The translations under genes and the position numbers were made by a program. Below, piece by piece: positions 28,650 to 40,904 of a stretch of DNA of 64,000 bases. Numbering within the stretch: position 1 is the stretch's first letter; each line of letters begins with the position of its first letter. The stretch is from Eledone cirrhosa (taxonomy: Eukaryota), in NCBI GenBank assembly GCA_964016885.1, contig OZ024743.1, forward strand, positions 120,590,001 to 120,654,000, in the 5' to 3' direction. The notes under the pieces were generated by a model, which saw nothing but the letters and a program-made list of their open reading frames with translations, was not told where the DNA came from and did no database searches.

Positions 28650-30150
28650 TTCATACTTATTATACTGTCCGTCTGGTAATTCAATTCCTTCCATCTTATC
28701 AATTCTACCTCGCTTCAGTAGTAGTTCGCCACACTTTTTATACCAAATTCCATTCCTATGTCCGTATTGGATGTGTGTTCTGTCTATACAAGGGAATTAA
28801 TATGTTCATAGTATTCCCCATAAAGTTTTAGGTCATCCATGAACAGCAGATAGTTTATCTGAAACTCACTCATAACCAGCATTTGACCTTCTCAACACTA
28901 ATGAAAGTGGAACCATACACAATATAAACAGCAAAGGTGAAAGTCTGTTTCCCTGAAATATCCGTATCTTGATCTCCACATCTCCCAATGTCTGTCTACA
29001 TGATGTCAGCTCTGTCTTCCAAACACTCATACTGCTCACCAGAAACTGTCTAACGTTAGCTGCAATACCAAACATTTCCAAACATTCTACTATATGACAC
29101 CATGACATAAGCCTTGCTGTAGTTGATCCAGGTCATGGCAAGGTTTGTTTGTCTCCTTTTACAATCTTTAAGGATCGCCTTATCAATCATCATCTGATCC
29201 TTAGTCCCCTTGCTTTTTCTCTCACATCCCATTTGCTCTTCCAGTAGTGTCTCCTCCAGGTATTCATATATTAACTCAGCAATGAGACCTGTCATAAGCT
29301 TCCACATAAGCGGGAGGCAAGAGTTAGGTCTAAAGTTGTCAACTGCATTTACTTTGCCGGGATCCTTCAAACACAAGATCGTTCTCCCAAAGATTAGCCA
29401 TTCTGGCAATCTCTTTTCTCCATTCAAGATCTTATTCAGTTGCTCAGCAATTCTCCCATGACGGGCCATCAGCATTTTTAACCAGAACCCTTGCACACAG
29501 TCTCTGCTGGGAGCGTTCTAATTTGATTTTCTACGCTGGATATTTACCATATCAGTTGTTATCTCCAATTCTCCATGTTGGCTATCCCCAATGCCATTTT
29601 TGATGTTAGTCAAGCACTCCACATTTCTATTGTGTTCTTTTCCTACACTCTAGATATCGCTCAAAAACTTCTTACTTATATCCGCATCAGGGATTATATC
29701 ATTCCTAACCATGCCATTTACCTCCTTATAGAATTATTTCTGATTTTGTTGGAAACATACATTCTGTTTATACTGCGTAATCCGTTGTTCATACCTCTTA
29801 ATCTTTGCAGCTTTGGCAAGTACCTTTTGTTTCAGCTCTTCTATTACCGTAGTAATTTTCTTTCTGCTGATATTGTATTTTCCTGTAATTTGTTCATTAT
29901 TTCTCCCTTTTCATAATTCACCTCTTTTTTCCCTTTCCAGAATATCAATTTTCTTTCCTAAGCATGTTGATGTCCCCCCCAATTCGTCTTTCCCACCTTG
30001 ATTTGCTTTTGTGTAGTCTCTTCCAGACCTAACTCTTTAGCAATATAGATACTTGCAGCACTGATTAGATTGTTGGTTTCTGTGGTGGTTCTAGTTGGCA
30101 CCTTGTCAAGTATGTTGTTTACTTTGTTAGTTATTTCTTTTAGCTGGCGT
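28650..30150 (-). pseudogene. Older, diverged R4/Dong-like fragment (copy D)
   Basis: Translations [62 protein letters not shown]. Confidence 0.85.
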
Positions 30151-30572
30151 TGGCTTGCAGAATCAGTGGAGTGTTGGACAACATGTTTAGTGACATAGAG
30201 TTATGGCCCTTTACGGGCTGAGTTCAAAACCCGCCGAGGTTAACTTTGCCTTTCATCCTTACGATAAAATAAAGCACCAGTAACGTCGATTTAATCGACT
30301 TTCCCCTCCCCCAAATCACTGGCTTTGTGCCTTTACTAGAAATCATTGTTGTTATTGATAAAATAAAGTACCAGTAATGCACTGAGAAATTTCTGGCCTT
30401 GTGCCAAAAGTAGAAACAATTATTCTTATTATTATTATAATTATAACCTCCCACCGAGGTTAACTTTGCTTTTCATCCTTACGGGGTCGATAAAATAAAG
30501 TACCAGTAATGTACTGGATAATTTACTGGCCTTGTGCCAAAAGTAGAAACAATTATTATTATTATGATTATT
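30150..30572 (+). mobile_element. SINE cluster with repeated 3' halves
   Basis: One head plus repeated GATAAAATAAAGTACCAG...GTGCCAAAAGTAGAAACAATT segments. Confidence 0.8.
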
Positions 30573-33500
30573 CTTTGAGTCATTGATGTTATTTAACTGG
30601 AAAGTTTGTTGAAATGAATATCAAGCCACTACCTGTAGCCTTAGATATTCAGGACGTATCGGAGGGTTATTGCTGTTCCCAGCAAGCATGCCTTTTGAAG
30701 CGTTCCAAAAAGCGTGAAGGGCCAATTTTCTTTAACCATCCCTGGAAACCTTTTGAGATAGTCCCTAGTGCGCCTATGACAATCCGGACCACTTTGACTT
30801 CATGGCAGTTCCAAATCCTTTTTACCTCCCACTTTAAGTCCTGGTATCGGTTAATTTTCTCCCTCTCCTTCTCTTGCACTCTCGTGTCGAATGGGCAGGC
30901 CACATCCACAATCAGGCACGATCTTTTTTCTTTGTCCACAACCACCAGGTCAGGTCTATTGTGTTCCAGTTTCTTGTCCGTCTGTATCCTAAAATCCCAC
31001 AGCACCTTCACCTGATCGTTTTCTATCACCGCCTCTGGCTTATGCTCATACCACTTATCAGAATGTGGTAAATTGTTTACTTTGCATAGGTGCCAGTGGA
31101 TCACCCTGCCCATCACATCATGTCTCCAGCCCTTATAGTGAGTCTGGGCTAGGTGTTTACACTCGGATACAATGTGAGCCACAGTCTCCTCTCTCTCTCC
31201 ACAGATCCTGCACAGTGGGCTAGCCTCCTCCTTGTAAATGTGGTGTTTCAACCACTTCGTTTTGAGAGCCTGCTCCTGTGCAGCCATTAACATTCCTTCT
31301 GTAGCCTTTTTAAGGTTTCCTCTTTTCAACCAGTTCCATGTCTGTGGATCTCTAAATTCAGTTTTCTCAAAGAAGGTACTATGAAGGGATTTTTTCTGAA
31401 GGCTGCTCTTTCTCCTTGATGTTATTTCCTCCTTGGATATCCCCTGGCCTATTGTCCCCTCCTTCAGTACAGTTCTGAGCATTGGCTCCTTACTATCAGT
31501 CACGTATTTGTGTAGGTTGTTTTTCTCCATCTGAACACAGTCCTCTATGCTGATAAGACGTCTTCCACCTTCAGATCTCCTTAAGTAGAGTCTATCGACA
31601 TCACTCCTCTTGTGGAACATATTGTAGATAGTCAATAGCTTCCTAGTCTTCCTATCCATTTCTTTTTGTTCAGCAACATTCCATCTCAGAATTCCCGCAC
31701 TGTACCTTATAATAGACACAGCTCGGGAATTTAATGCACTTTTGGCATTCCTACTGTTCAGATGTGACTTTAATACGCTCCTTACTCTCCGAAGGTTTCA
31801 GTTCTTATCAATTCATTCATTTTTTTGTTCTTGATGTCATCAGCCTCCAGAACGCCCAAATACTTGTATCCGTCCTCAGAGTCAATTTCCTTTATCATCT
31901 CACCTGTTGGTATCTGGATTCCGTTACTTCTGCTCAGCTTACCCCTCCTCATCACAATGAATCCACACTTACTAATACCAAATTGCATACATATATAATT
32001 GCTAAAAATACGGACAGTGTCAACAAGCACAATCAACTCCTTCTCACTCTTCCCGAAGAGCTTAAGATCGTCCATGAAGAGGAGGTGATTGATGGTAAGC
32101 CCTCCCTTTCCCAACCTGTATCCTGCTCTCACTTTTCGCAGTACACTGGTCAGGGGCATCAGGGCAAGGACAAACAACAGAGGGGACAGACTATCTCCCT
32201 GGAAGATACCTCTCTTGATCTTCACGCTTCCCAAGGATTCTCCAGTTGATGTTAACTCTGTTTCCCAGGCCTTCATACTTTTGCCCAACAACTGTCTGAT
32301 GTTATCTGCCACCTTGAAGATCTCCAGGCTTTTGGTGATCCAAGAATGAGGCACCATGTCAAATGCCTTTTTGTAGTCTATCCATCCCATGGCAAGACTA
32401 GTGTGTCTCCTCTTGCAATTCCTCATTACCATCTTATCAATAAGTAACTGGTCCTTTGTACCACGTAAACTTCTTTCGGCATCCTTTCTGTTCGTCCGGT
32501 AACAAGTTGTTTGTGTGGAGGTGATGGTAGATTTCCTCAGACATAATGCTTGTCAACAGTTTCCACATTACGGACAGACATGTGATAGGTATATAGTTGG
32601 TAACATCATTACCCTTGATTCGGTCTTTCATTATCAGAACTGTGGTACCTTTTGTCAATCACTCTGGTACCTCACCTGACATCAAGCAGTCATTGAACAT
32701 GGTTGTCAGTTTCGGGTGGAGGGATGTTATGTTTATAATCCAATACCCCTGCACACCATCTGGGCCAGGTGATTTCCAGTTGGTTAGTTTTTTGGCCTGC
32801 TCCTTAAAAGTTTCAACTGTGATACTCAAATCAGTTTGTTGGTGTGCCTGTTCACTGATCTCCTTCTGTACTGTCTCAATCCACACTGCCTGGTCATTAT
32901 GTTTAACATCCTGCTCCCATATTCCTCTCCAGAATGTCTTAGTTTGTTCCGCCTCAGGGATCAAGTCGTTGCCTCTTTCTTTCCCTTCAAGCTGTCCAAA
33001 CAGCATCTTCTGGTTGTTGTCGAACATGCGGTTCTGTCTATACTGACAGACTCTGTTCTCGTATCGCCTGATTGTTGCACTCCTTGCTACAATGCGTTGC
33101 TTCAGTTCCTCTATGATAATATTTAGCTTTTTCCTCCTAGCTTTGTACTTTATTTCCAGTCTATTTTTAGTGTCTATGTTTTTTAGTGTCCCATTCAGTA
33201 GGGACTCAAGCTTTCCAATGTCATTTCTCATTTCCCTGATTTGACCACTCAGTCGTTTCTTCCACCAAGGCTCTGCTCTTTCTTGTCTGTTGTTTCCCCT
33301 CGCTTTTATACCAAGTAGTTTCCTCACCGTATTTGCTGTTGCTTTGAGGATATTGTTGCACTGGTGAAGGCTCCTCGCCTCAAGGTATGGGATGTCTTTG
33401 TTTACCTTAGCTGTTTCTTTTAACTTTTTCCTGTCTACAAATCTTAGGTTCATAGGTCTCCCACTATCATTGTTCAATTCATCTACCACTAAGTTTAGGA

Positions 33501-33745
33501 TATCTACCAAATCTTGTCCTAGCCCGTCAGCATTCATCTCCTCAGTGGCCGTATCTCTGTTCCAGGTATTATTTATCTCAGCATTCAGATCATTGTCTGC
33601 TTCGGGTGGTTCCTCCGTTCTCTCGACCTCTTCACCTTCATTTCCCACTGGCTCGTTTGCCTGGCATAGTCCACCCTCCATCTCCAAGCTAATCTCTCTG
33701 CTCAGTTCCTCCAGTTCCAGCTCGCTTATCCACCCATTAGTTCTT
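30573..33745 (-). pseudogene. R4/Dong-like copy B, 5'-truncated and frameshifted
   Basis: ORF pieces 32659-33740, 32437-32658, 31782-32432 and 30667-31719 are collinear with and highly similar to copy A; stops and frameshifts present; 3' end sits in the (ATT)n tail of a SINE. Confidence 0.92.
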
Positions 33746-33896
33746 CTTCTTCTTCTTCTTCTTCTTCTTCTTCTTCTTCTTCTTCTTCTTCTTCTTCTTC
33801 TTCTTCTTCTTCTTCTTCTTCTTCTTCTTCTTCTTCTTCTTCTTCTTCTTCTTCTTCTTCTTCTTCTTCTTCTTCTTCTTCTTCTTCTTCTTCTTC
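33741..33896. repeat. Pure (TTC)52 microsatellite between Dong copies B and C
   Basis: Direct observation. Confidence 0.95.
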
Positions 33897-34743
33897 TTTG
33901 AGTCTCAGTCATTGATGTTAGTTAACTGGAAAGTTTGTTGAAATGAATATCAAGCCACTACCTGCATCCTCAGATATTCAGGACGTATCGGAGGGTTCTT
34001 GCTGTTCCCAGCAAGCATGCCTTTTGAAGCGTTCCAAAAAGCGTGAAGGGCCAATTTTCTTTAACCATCCCTGGAAACTATTTGAGATAGTATCTAGTGC
34101 GCCTATGACAACATTTTGACTTCATGGCAGTTCCAAATCCTTTTTACCTCCCACTTTAAGTCCTGGCATCGGTTAATTTTCTCCCTCTCCTTCTCTTGCA
34201 CTCTCGTGTCGAATGGCCAGGCCACATTCACAATCAGGCACGATCTCTTGTCCTTGTCCAAAACCACCAGGTCAGATCTATTGTGTTCCAGTTTCTTGTC
34301 CGTCTGTATCCTAAAATCCCACAGCACCTTCACCTGATTGTTTTCTATCACCGACTCTGGCTTATGCTCATACCACTTATCAGAATGTGGTAAATTGTTT
34401 ACTTTGCATAGGTGCCAGTGGATCACCCTGCCCATCACATCATGTCTCCAGCCCTTATAGTGAGTCTGGGCTAGGTGTTTACACTCGGATACAATGTGTG
34501 CCACAGTCTCCTCTCTCTCTCCACAGATCCTGCACAGTGGGCTAGCCTCCTCCTTGAAAATATGGTGTTTCAACCACTTCGTTTTGAGGGCCTGCTCTTG
34601 CGCAGCCATTAGCATTCCTTAAGTCTTCTCTTTTCAACCAGTTCCATGTCTGTGGATTTCTGAATTCAGTTTTCTCAAAGAAGGTACTATGTAGGGATTT
34701 TTCATGAAGGCTGCTCTTTCTCCTTGTTGTTATTTCCTCCTTG
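33896..34743 (-). pseudogene. R4/Dong-like copy C, ~850-bp 3' fragment
   Basis: ORF 34103-34615 matches the knuckle/RLE region of copies A and B; same 3' UTR; small deletions. Confidence 0.92.
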
Positions 34744-35006
34744 TTATTATTATTAATATTATTATTATTATTGTTATTATTATTATTATTATTGAATGCC
34801 ATGGTTGACGGAGGCTCGGCTCTGTAAGGTATAGTAATTTTTAACCGTTAAAACAATTGTAAATTGTTTAAAACTTGAACCAAATTGTTGATAAAGACAC
34901 CCTCCTCCTCGTGAGAGGGGTCTTTCTGTCCGTTATTTGGCCCTTCGGGGTTAAATAACCAGTTATTGGGGTTTTGTACCCAAAATTTCATTTTAAACAA
35001 AAAAAC

Positions 35007-37097
35007 ATGGCTACCAAAAAGAAATTTCATACGTCACTCCCACTCATTCCGTCTTCTTCTTCCTCAATCATCACTACAGCAGAGAGAAGATTGTCTCTCT
35101 CCCTCCCTTCTTTAAATGTGTCTCTCTCCCTCCCTTCTCTTTCGCAAGCGACGAAAGAAAAGAAAAGTCTCGTGCAAAGCGTGCAAGGTTTCTCCACGAC
35201 GACGACGACAGCGACGAAACAGGTGTGCGGGAAATACGAAAACCCAGTTCATTCGTCTGACGTCAGGAATAATAGCAGTAGCAGCCGTAATAACAACAGC
35301 AACAGTGACAATGAAAACAACAGTAGCAGCCGCAACAGCATCACCAGCAGCATAAACAACAACAGCATTAGCAGCAGCAACACCAACAACAACCACAGCA
35401 ACAGCGGCGGAGGCAGTAGTCGTAGTACCTGCAGCAACAACAAAAGTACCAGCAGCTCTGACGACAACAACAACAGCAGAGAAAAACCAATCTCATTTGC
35501 AGGTATTGCGAAAAACCTGGAAACAATCCTCATAACAAATGAGGAATTAGAGGAAGCGAAGAAGATGGTGACAAAGAACGGACACCGAGCAATCTGCAAG
35601 GCAGCGAAAAATTTTTTCGAAACCCAAGAGCACTGTACGGTCACGTACCGTACAGTAAGTACAAAATCCCGTAGGGTGGAAAGAGCCACAGAGGCCCAAA
35701 TACAAAAAGCCTTGGGGTCTGTGTGGCAGAGGAAAACGCACATCACCCGAGGCAAAAAATACGCCACCGTAGACGTACTTTTTGCCACACCCCAGGAGGC
35801 AAAGGCCCAATCAGTAGTGACCCTAAGGAGCGAGGAAATGGTGTTGGTGCCCTCCTACTGCGGGCAAAAAATTGTGAGGGTCAAACTGACCCACGTCCCC
35901 CCCGGAATGACCCCTTCTTGGCTGGCCGCGTCTGTCCTCGTCGGAATCGAGGACAAAACAACTGTACTGCAAGTACAGAAAAAAGTAAGAGAAGATTGGG
36001 TCGGCTCCTCCATTGAGATGCTAATCCAAACCAACCAGGAGTGCATCGAAGCTATCCCGGATGTGATAGACTTCGATAACGGCACTCAACTGCCCATAAG
36101 TGTTGAGGGCAAACGCCCGAAATGCTTTCGCTGTGGATCGAAGACTCACCTCAGGGCCTTCTGCAACGAGAAGACCCTGAGAAAGGAGAAAACCCCCCTC
36201 CTCCCGAATCCGGTTCCACGGCTACCAGCAACAGGACAAGCGGCAACCAGGAACGATAGGTCCGTGGCACCCATACCCACTCCACGGAAATCAAAGACAG
36301 CAGCAGCAGTGGAAATATTAACAACAACAACAGCAATACCAAATGCAGCTGCAACAGAGACTCCAGTGCAAACATCACCAACAACAACAAGTGAAAGAGT
36401 GGAGCTGGTACCCCTCCCCGACCTTACAGAATCAGACATGGAGTGTGAGGTGGGAGAGGGATGGCAAAAGGTCTCAAGAAGGCACAAACGCAGAAGCAGC
36501 GCATCGTCGCCTTTGAAAAGGGAGGAAAGAAATGAGAAAAGGGTAAAGTCTACTGCAAAGAGACCCACAGCAGCAACACCACCAACACCATCACCACCCA
36601 CACCAGCACCACCATCACCACCGGCGACAACCCCACCGCCAACAACACCTTCAACACCACAAGCACCAACATCGCAAACACAACAACAAAACACACACAC
36701 CCAGCAACAACGACAAGAAAATAGCAGAACCACACCCCACCCCCAGAAAAACAAATGCACGGCAATAAACACACACAACAAGAAACTAATGACTTACATA
36801 ATTGAACACACAGACATTTCACAACAGGACTACATAATACCAGCACCAATCAAAACGCCAACTAACATAAGACTGCTAAAAATAGCACAGAAACAATACA
36901 CAAACATTAAAACGAAATTCCCCAACGCAGTTGGTGATTTCAGGGACCTAGGAGGAACCATTAATCGAAGAGTATATTCAGACATTCTCTTAGAAGAGCC
37001 GACGACCAGCCGAAGGGACGATTCAACGGTCCCTTCACCAGACGATCAAGTGAAAAGGGATGTAAAAACCATCCCTCCTCTACCAAAAATACGGTAA
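35007..37097 (+). CDS. Tx1-like ORF1 (gag-like nucleic-acid-binding protein with zinc knuckle)
   Basis: Open frame from 34974, first ATG at 35007; CX2CX4HX4C knuckle CFRCGSKTHLRAFC; S/N-rich and P/T-rich low-complexity segments; directly upstream of an APE-RT ORF. Confidence 0.85.
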   Translation: MATKKKFHTSLPLIPSSSSSIITTAERRLSLSLPSLNVSLSLPSLSQATKEKKSLVQSVQGFSTTTTTATKQVCGKYENPVHSSDVRNNSSSSRNNNSNSDNENNSSSRNSITSSINNNSISSSNTNNNHSNSGGGSSRSTCSNNKSTSSSDDNNNSREKPISFAGIAKNLETILITNEELEEAKKMVTKNGHRAICKAAKNFFETQEHCTVTYRTVSTKSRRVERATEAQIQKALGSVWQRKTHITRGKKYATVDVLFATPQEAKAQSVVTLRSEEMVLVPSYCGQKIVRVKLTHVPPGMTPSWLAASVLVGIEDKTTVLQVQKKVREDWVGSSIEMLIQTNQECIEAIPDVIDFDNGTQLPISVEGKRPKCFRCGSKTHLRAFCNEKTLRKEKTPLLPNPVPRLPATGQAATRNDRSVAPIPTPRKSKTAAAVEILTTTTAIPNAAATETPVQTSPTTTSERVELVPLPDLTESDMECEVGEGWQKVSRRHKRRSSASSPLKREERNEKRVKSTAKRPTAATPPTPSPPTPAPPSPPATTPPPTTPSTPQAPTSQTQQQNTHTQQQRQENSRTTPHPQKNKCTAINTHNKKLMTYIIEHTDISQQDYIIPAPIKTPTNIRLLKIAQKQYTNIKTKFPNAVGDFRDLGGTINRRVYSDILLEEPTTSRRDDSTVPSPDDQVKRDVKTIPPLPKIR

Positions 37098-37132
37098 GTG
37101 GTCTTTCCCATCGTTTCCACTCTATTTTAAAC

Positions 37133-40100
37133 ATGACCTCACTCAGAATAGGCAGCATAAATGCGCGTGGCTTGGGGTCGTCATGGAAGCAGGGTCACCT
37201 GCTCAACGACCTCAGGTCACTAAACATAGATGTAGTGGCCATCAGCGAGACCAGAATCTCCGAAGCACGGGCCTTCGCACCGATCTTCGGCGGCTACGAT
37301 GTGTACGCATCTCCCAGCCGTCCTGGATCCGGTGGAGGAGTTGCTGTACTTTTTCGGAGAGGTTTGGATCTCGCCATACGGGCCATCTTCCTGGACCCAG
37401 AGGGTAAGCTGGTGGTGCTGGACGTGACCAGCGGAGACGGGCAATCTTTCAGGCTAGTGGCCGTCTATGCCCCGACAGGAGCAGGGCGGCCTGATTTCTT
37501 CCGGCGTCTGGAGACCTTTCTTGGAACGTCCCGCTCTTTAGTGTTAGTGGGCGACTGGAACGGGATCTTAGATGCACGCTGGGACTGTGTGGGATTAGCG
37601 GATAGGGGTGGAGGGTGCAAAAGCCTCACCAACCTGCTCAGGCGTTTTGAACTGTCTGACAGGTACCGATTGGATTTCCCGAATGTGCCAATGTGGACTT
37701 GGACAAACCGCATAGGGTCATCCAGATCATATCTAGATAGAGTATTTTGTAGGGAAATAGATAGGTCTAGCATAGGCTGTCCACAATTCAAGATAGTCAG
37801 CTACACGGACCACAAATTCGTGACCTGTGTGCTTGACTTAGATAGGCTTCATAGACGAGGACCCGGCTACTGGAAGCTAAACGCGTCCTTACCAGCGCGC
37901 AAGGCCTACAGAGACCGGATTAGCGAACTAGTTAAGCGGGCGTTGACGGGGGCCATCGTCAACAACAAGTGGTGGTTTGCTCTGAAAAGAGCGATTAGAA
38001 TAGAATCGATTAGGTTTAGTAAGGCTTTAGCAATAGAGAAAAATAGAGCAGAGGGAGAACTAGTTAGAAAATTAGACGAGGCGCTTAGCAAAGGCATTGC
38101 GACCGACGTGCTTGCGGCGAAATTGGCCCTTGACCAATTCTTCAATGCAAAGCACGAAGGCTGCGTTGTCAGAGCTAGGGTGCGTGCTCTCAGACACGAG
38201 GGGACGAAAGCCGTTCAATGGGCCCGAGTGGCGGAGGCGCGTCGTGGCAACAAAGCCACGATCCGGTCTTTGGTGGACCACGACGGGCGCATGCTACTCG
38301 ATCCCGGGCAAATGTGTGAAGCTTTTCAGCGACACTTCGCTCAGCTGTTCGGGGGCAGCGGGGGGCCGGGTAGAGGGATGGACTTTAGTGTCTACCTCGA
38401 CGGGCTGCCGCGGCTCTCGGCCACTGAGGCGAGGTGTTGCGAAAAGCCGATAACAGCCGCTGAAGTACGGGAGGCAATGACTGGCTGCACAAGGGGTAAA
38501 TCGCCTGGTTTGGATGGTCTGCCCTATGAACTTTACGTACAGATGCCAGACTTGTTCGGAGGCCTCTTGGCGGACGTCTACTGCAACTGGCAACAGAACG
38601 GGAGAATTCCCAGTTCTGTGAGCCGAGGAGCGGTGGCACTGCTGAGAAAGGATCCGAACAAGGGGGATAACATAGACAATTTCCGGCCCATAACTCTGCT
38701 AAACACAGAGTTTAAGATTTTGGCCAAGGTGCTAGCAAAGAGGTTGGCGCTTGTCGTTGGTGGTCTGGTGGGAGAGGCGCAGACATGCGCCATTCCCGAC
38801 AGATCCATCCACGACAACCTCCACCTCATGCGATACATCGTAGAGAGGGTAGCTAGGGAACCTGGCACGGGTGGGTCCTTGATCAATTTAGATCAGTCGA
38901 AAGCTTTCGATAGGGTCGACCATCGTTACCTAGCGGCAGTCCTGAGGGCGGCTGGCTTTGGGCCCGTCTTCAGAGGCTGGATCGCTGCCATGCACAGCGA
39001 CATCTGCTCTGTGGTGAGAGTGAACGGTCACCTGTCGGAACCGTTCAACATCATGCGCTCGGTCCGCCAAGGATGTCCCCTCTCGTCCCTCTTGTACGTA
39101 TTGACTCTCGAGCCATTACTGCACAAACTGGAGACGTTGAGGGGAGTCCCGCGCGAACTAGGATGCGGAAGATCCGTGTCAGCATATGCGGACGATGTCA
39201 CCGTAGTGGTGTCGAACGCCAAACACATCGAGGCGATCGGCACTACACTAAGAGAATACGAAGCGGTGACAGGAGCAATGATCAACCAGGAAAAGTCAGT
39301 GGGCCTGCAGCTCGGCACCTGGAGAGGCAGGTCCATGCCGTCCAACAGCGTCGTCGGGCGCTGGACGGACGGACCGGTTAAATTGCTAGGGGTCTGGTTC
39401 GGTCCGGACCTCCAGACGGACAAAAACTGGGACGAGGTGACGAGCAGGGTGGCTTCTCTCACCCAGAAATGGGCGGAGAGGAAGCTATCCCTGAAAGGTC
39501 GAGCGGAGGTGGCTAACGCGTACATCGCGTCTGTCATCTGCTACCGCCTAACCGTCGTACCTTGTCCTAAGCCTCGCCTGACTGCGCTGGAGCGTTTGCT
39601 CTTTCGCTTTTTGTGGAAGGGACGTGCTCCGATGGTCAGGCGGTCCATCTGTTGTCAACACCCGCTACGTGGAGGGCTGGGCATGCCGTGGCTGATGATG
39701 CGCAGGCACGCGCTCAGGCTACGACATCTCCACCTCTTCCTCGACGGTGATCAGGTGTGGTCGCCGTTTGCTAGACGCGTTTTTCCCCAGCTCGTTTCCT
39801 TGACGGAGCTGCAGTCCTGGGTCAAGCGAAGACCGAGAGGGAGCGCCTGGAGACTGGAATGTCTTCAGGCGCTCACAGCCCTCGACCAATCGGGCAATGT
39901 GATCGGTGGAAACTCCACCTCGGCGTTCTATAGAGGATTAGTGGAGGGGAAGAGCGACGACGTACTTGGGGAAACTCTAGGCGTCGACGAAAATCAACTA
40001 GCCAATCTCTTCGGAAGAACTTTCGGGCCAGGGCCTATGGACAACTTCCAGAAATCTCTGGCCTGGCAGTGCTACCGAGGAGCCTTGCCAGTTCGGGATA

Positions 40101-40552
40101 AACTCTACAGGCATGGAGGTGCCGTCAGCCGGGCATGTCCGAGATGCGCGCAGGGCGACGAAACCGTCCTGCACGCACTCGTCCAGTGTCCGAAAATTGC
40201 TGACTTGTGGGTTTATGTCGAACACCTGCTGTCGCGTTTAGGACGGATCCGGCTATCATCTGAGTCCATCGTGATGATTACCCCGCCCTCCTCCTTTAGC
40301 CGGGAAGGGCAGGCAGTTTTTATCTGCCTGGTGGCCATGGCGAAAGAGATAGTATGGTGGACACGTTTGAAAGGGCTGAAGACGAGCACTTACCTCTTCG
40401 GTGATGCTCTGATTGACTTTTTCAAATTTCATTTGAAAAGGAAAATCAGAGTAGAGAGGGAAGTGCTCTCTTCCCAGCATTTTGTTGAAAGATGGGTGAG
40501 AGAAGCAAGAATGGCCCGAGTGAATGGGCCTACTCTGAGCATATATCTGTAA
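37133..40552 (+). CDS. Tx1-like ORF2: APE endonuclease, reverse transcriptase and C-terminal Cys/His motif (1139 aa)
   Basis: APE motifs SINARGL, SETR, VYAP, GDWN, YLDRVF, TDHK; RT motifs KSPGLDG, FRPITLLN, DQSKAFDRV, RQGCPLS, YADD; C-terminal CPRC...ETVLHALVQC. Confidence 0.95.
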   Translation: MTSLRIGSINARGLGSSWKQGHLLNDLRSLNIDVVAISETRISEARAFAPIFGGYDVYASPSRPGSGGGVAVLFRRGLDLAIRAIFLDPEGKLVVLDVTSGDGQSFRLVAVYAPTGAGRPDFFRRLETFLGTSRSLVLVGDWNGILDARWDCVGLADRGGGCKSLTNLLRRFELSDRYRLDFPNVPMWTWTNRIGSSRSYLDRVFCREIDRSSIGCPQFKIVSYTDHKFVTCVLDLDRLHRRGPGYWKLNASLPARKAYRDRISELVKRALTGAIVNNKWWFALKRAIRIESIRFSKALAIEKNRAEGELVRKLDEALSKGIATDVLAAKLALDQFFNAKHEGCVVRARVRALRHEGTKAVQWARVAEARRGNKATIRSLVDHDGRMLLDPGQMCEAFQRHFAQLFGGSGGPGRGMDFSVYLDGLPRLSATEARCCEKPITAAEVREAMTGCTRGKSPGLDGLPYELYVQMPDLFGGLLADVYCNWQQNGRIPSSVSRGAVALLRKDPNKGDNIDNFRPITLLNTEFKILAKVLAKRLALVVGGLVGEAQTCAIPDRSIHDNLHLMRYIVERVAREPGTGGSLINLDQSKAFDRVDHRYLAAVLRAAGFGPVFRGWIAAMHSDICSVVRVNGHLSEPFNIMRSVRQGCPLSSLLYVLTLEPLLHKLETLRGVPRELGCGRSVSAYADDVTVVVSNAKHIEAIGTTLREYEAVTGAMINQEKSVGLQLGTWRGRSMPSNSVVGRWTDGPVKLLGVWFGPDLQTDKNWDEVTSRVASLTQKWAERKLSLKGRAEVANAYIASVICYRLTVVPCPKPRLTALERLLFRFLWKGRAPMVRRSICCQHPLRGGLGMPWLMMRRHALRLRHLHLFLDGDQVWSPFARRVFPQLVSLTELQSWVKRRPRGSAWRLECLQALTALDQSGNVIGGNSTSAFYRGLVEGKSDDVLGETLGVDENQLANLFGRTFGPGPMDNFQKSLAWQCYRGALPVRDKLYRHGGAVSRACPRCAQGDETVLHALVQCPKIADLWVYVEHLLSRLGRIRLSSESIVMITPPSSFSREGQAVFICLVAMAKEIVWWTRLKGLKTSTYLFGDALIDFFKFHLKRKIRVEREVLSSQHFVERWVREARMARVNGPTLSIYL

Positions 40553-40813
40553 ATTAAAGGTGGAAAACTGGGAGAGGGCACTTGCCTTGGTGGTCAGGGT
40601 CATTGTGGCTTTTTACTGGGCTTTCTCCACAAATGTCCCTCCGAAGTCTCCCCCCTATTGGGGAATTTTTCATTGTTATTTTCATTGTTATTTTTGTTAC
40701 ATCCTCTGTTTTTGTTTTTTTTACACGCAGAAATGCCCATTTGTACCGTCCTGCATTGTCCTGCACTGTCCTTAATGTCTACTTTATGTAAACCCTTGTG
40801 GTTAATAAAGAAA

Positions 40814-40815
<2 letters not shown>

Positions 40816-40904
<89 letters not shown>

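Larger units (their letters stand above)
34794..40815 (+). mobile_element. Apparently full-length Tx1/L1-clade non-LTR retrotransposon inside an (ATT)n tract
   Basis: Two intact ORFs 35 nt apart, AATAAA at 40804-40809, (ATT)n on both flanks (34741-34793 and 40816-40919). Confidence 0.92.

Noticed and set aside
30573-33745. APOBEC-type G>A editing of copy B as the cause of the A/B asymmetry
   Set aside because: Disfavoured, not excluded: copies C and D and conserved motifs share B's A state, and B lacks widespread TGG-to-stop changes (I saw only one in the aligned segment).
33741-33912. Poly-arginine N terminus of ORF 32659-33912
   Set aside because: It is the translation of the (GAA)n tract fused to a truncated, frameshifted Dong copy.
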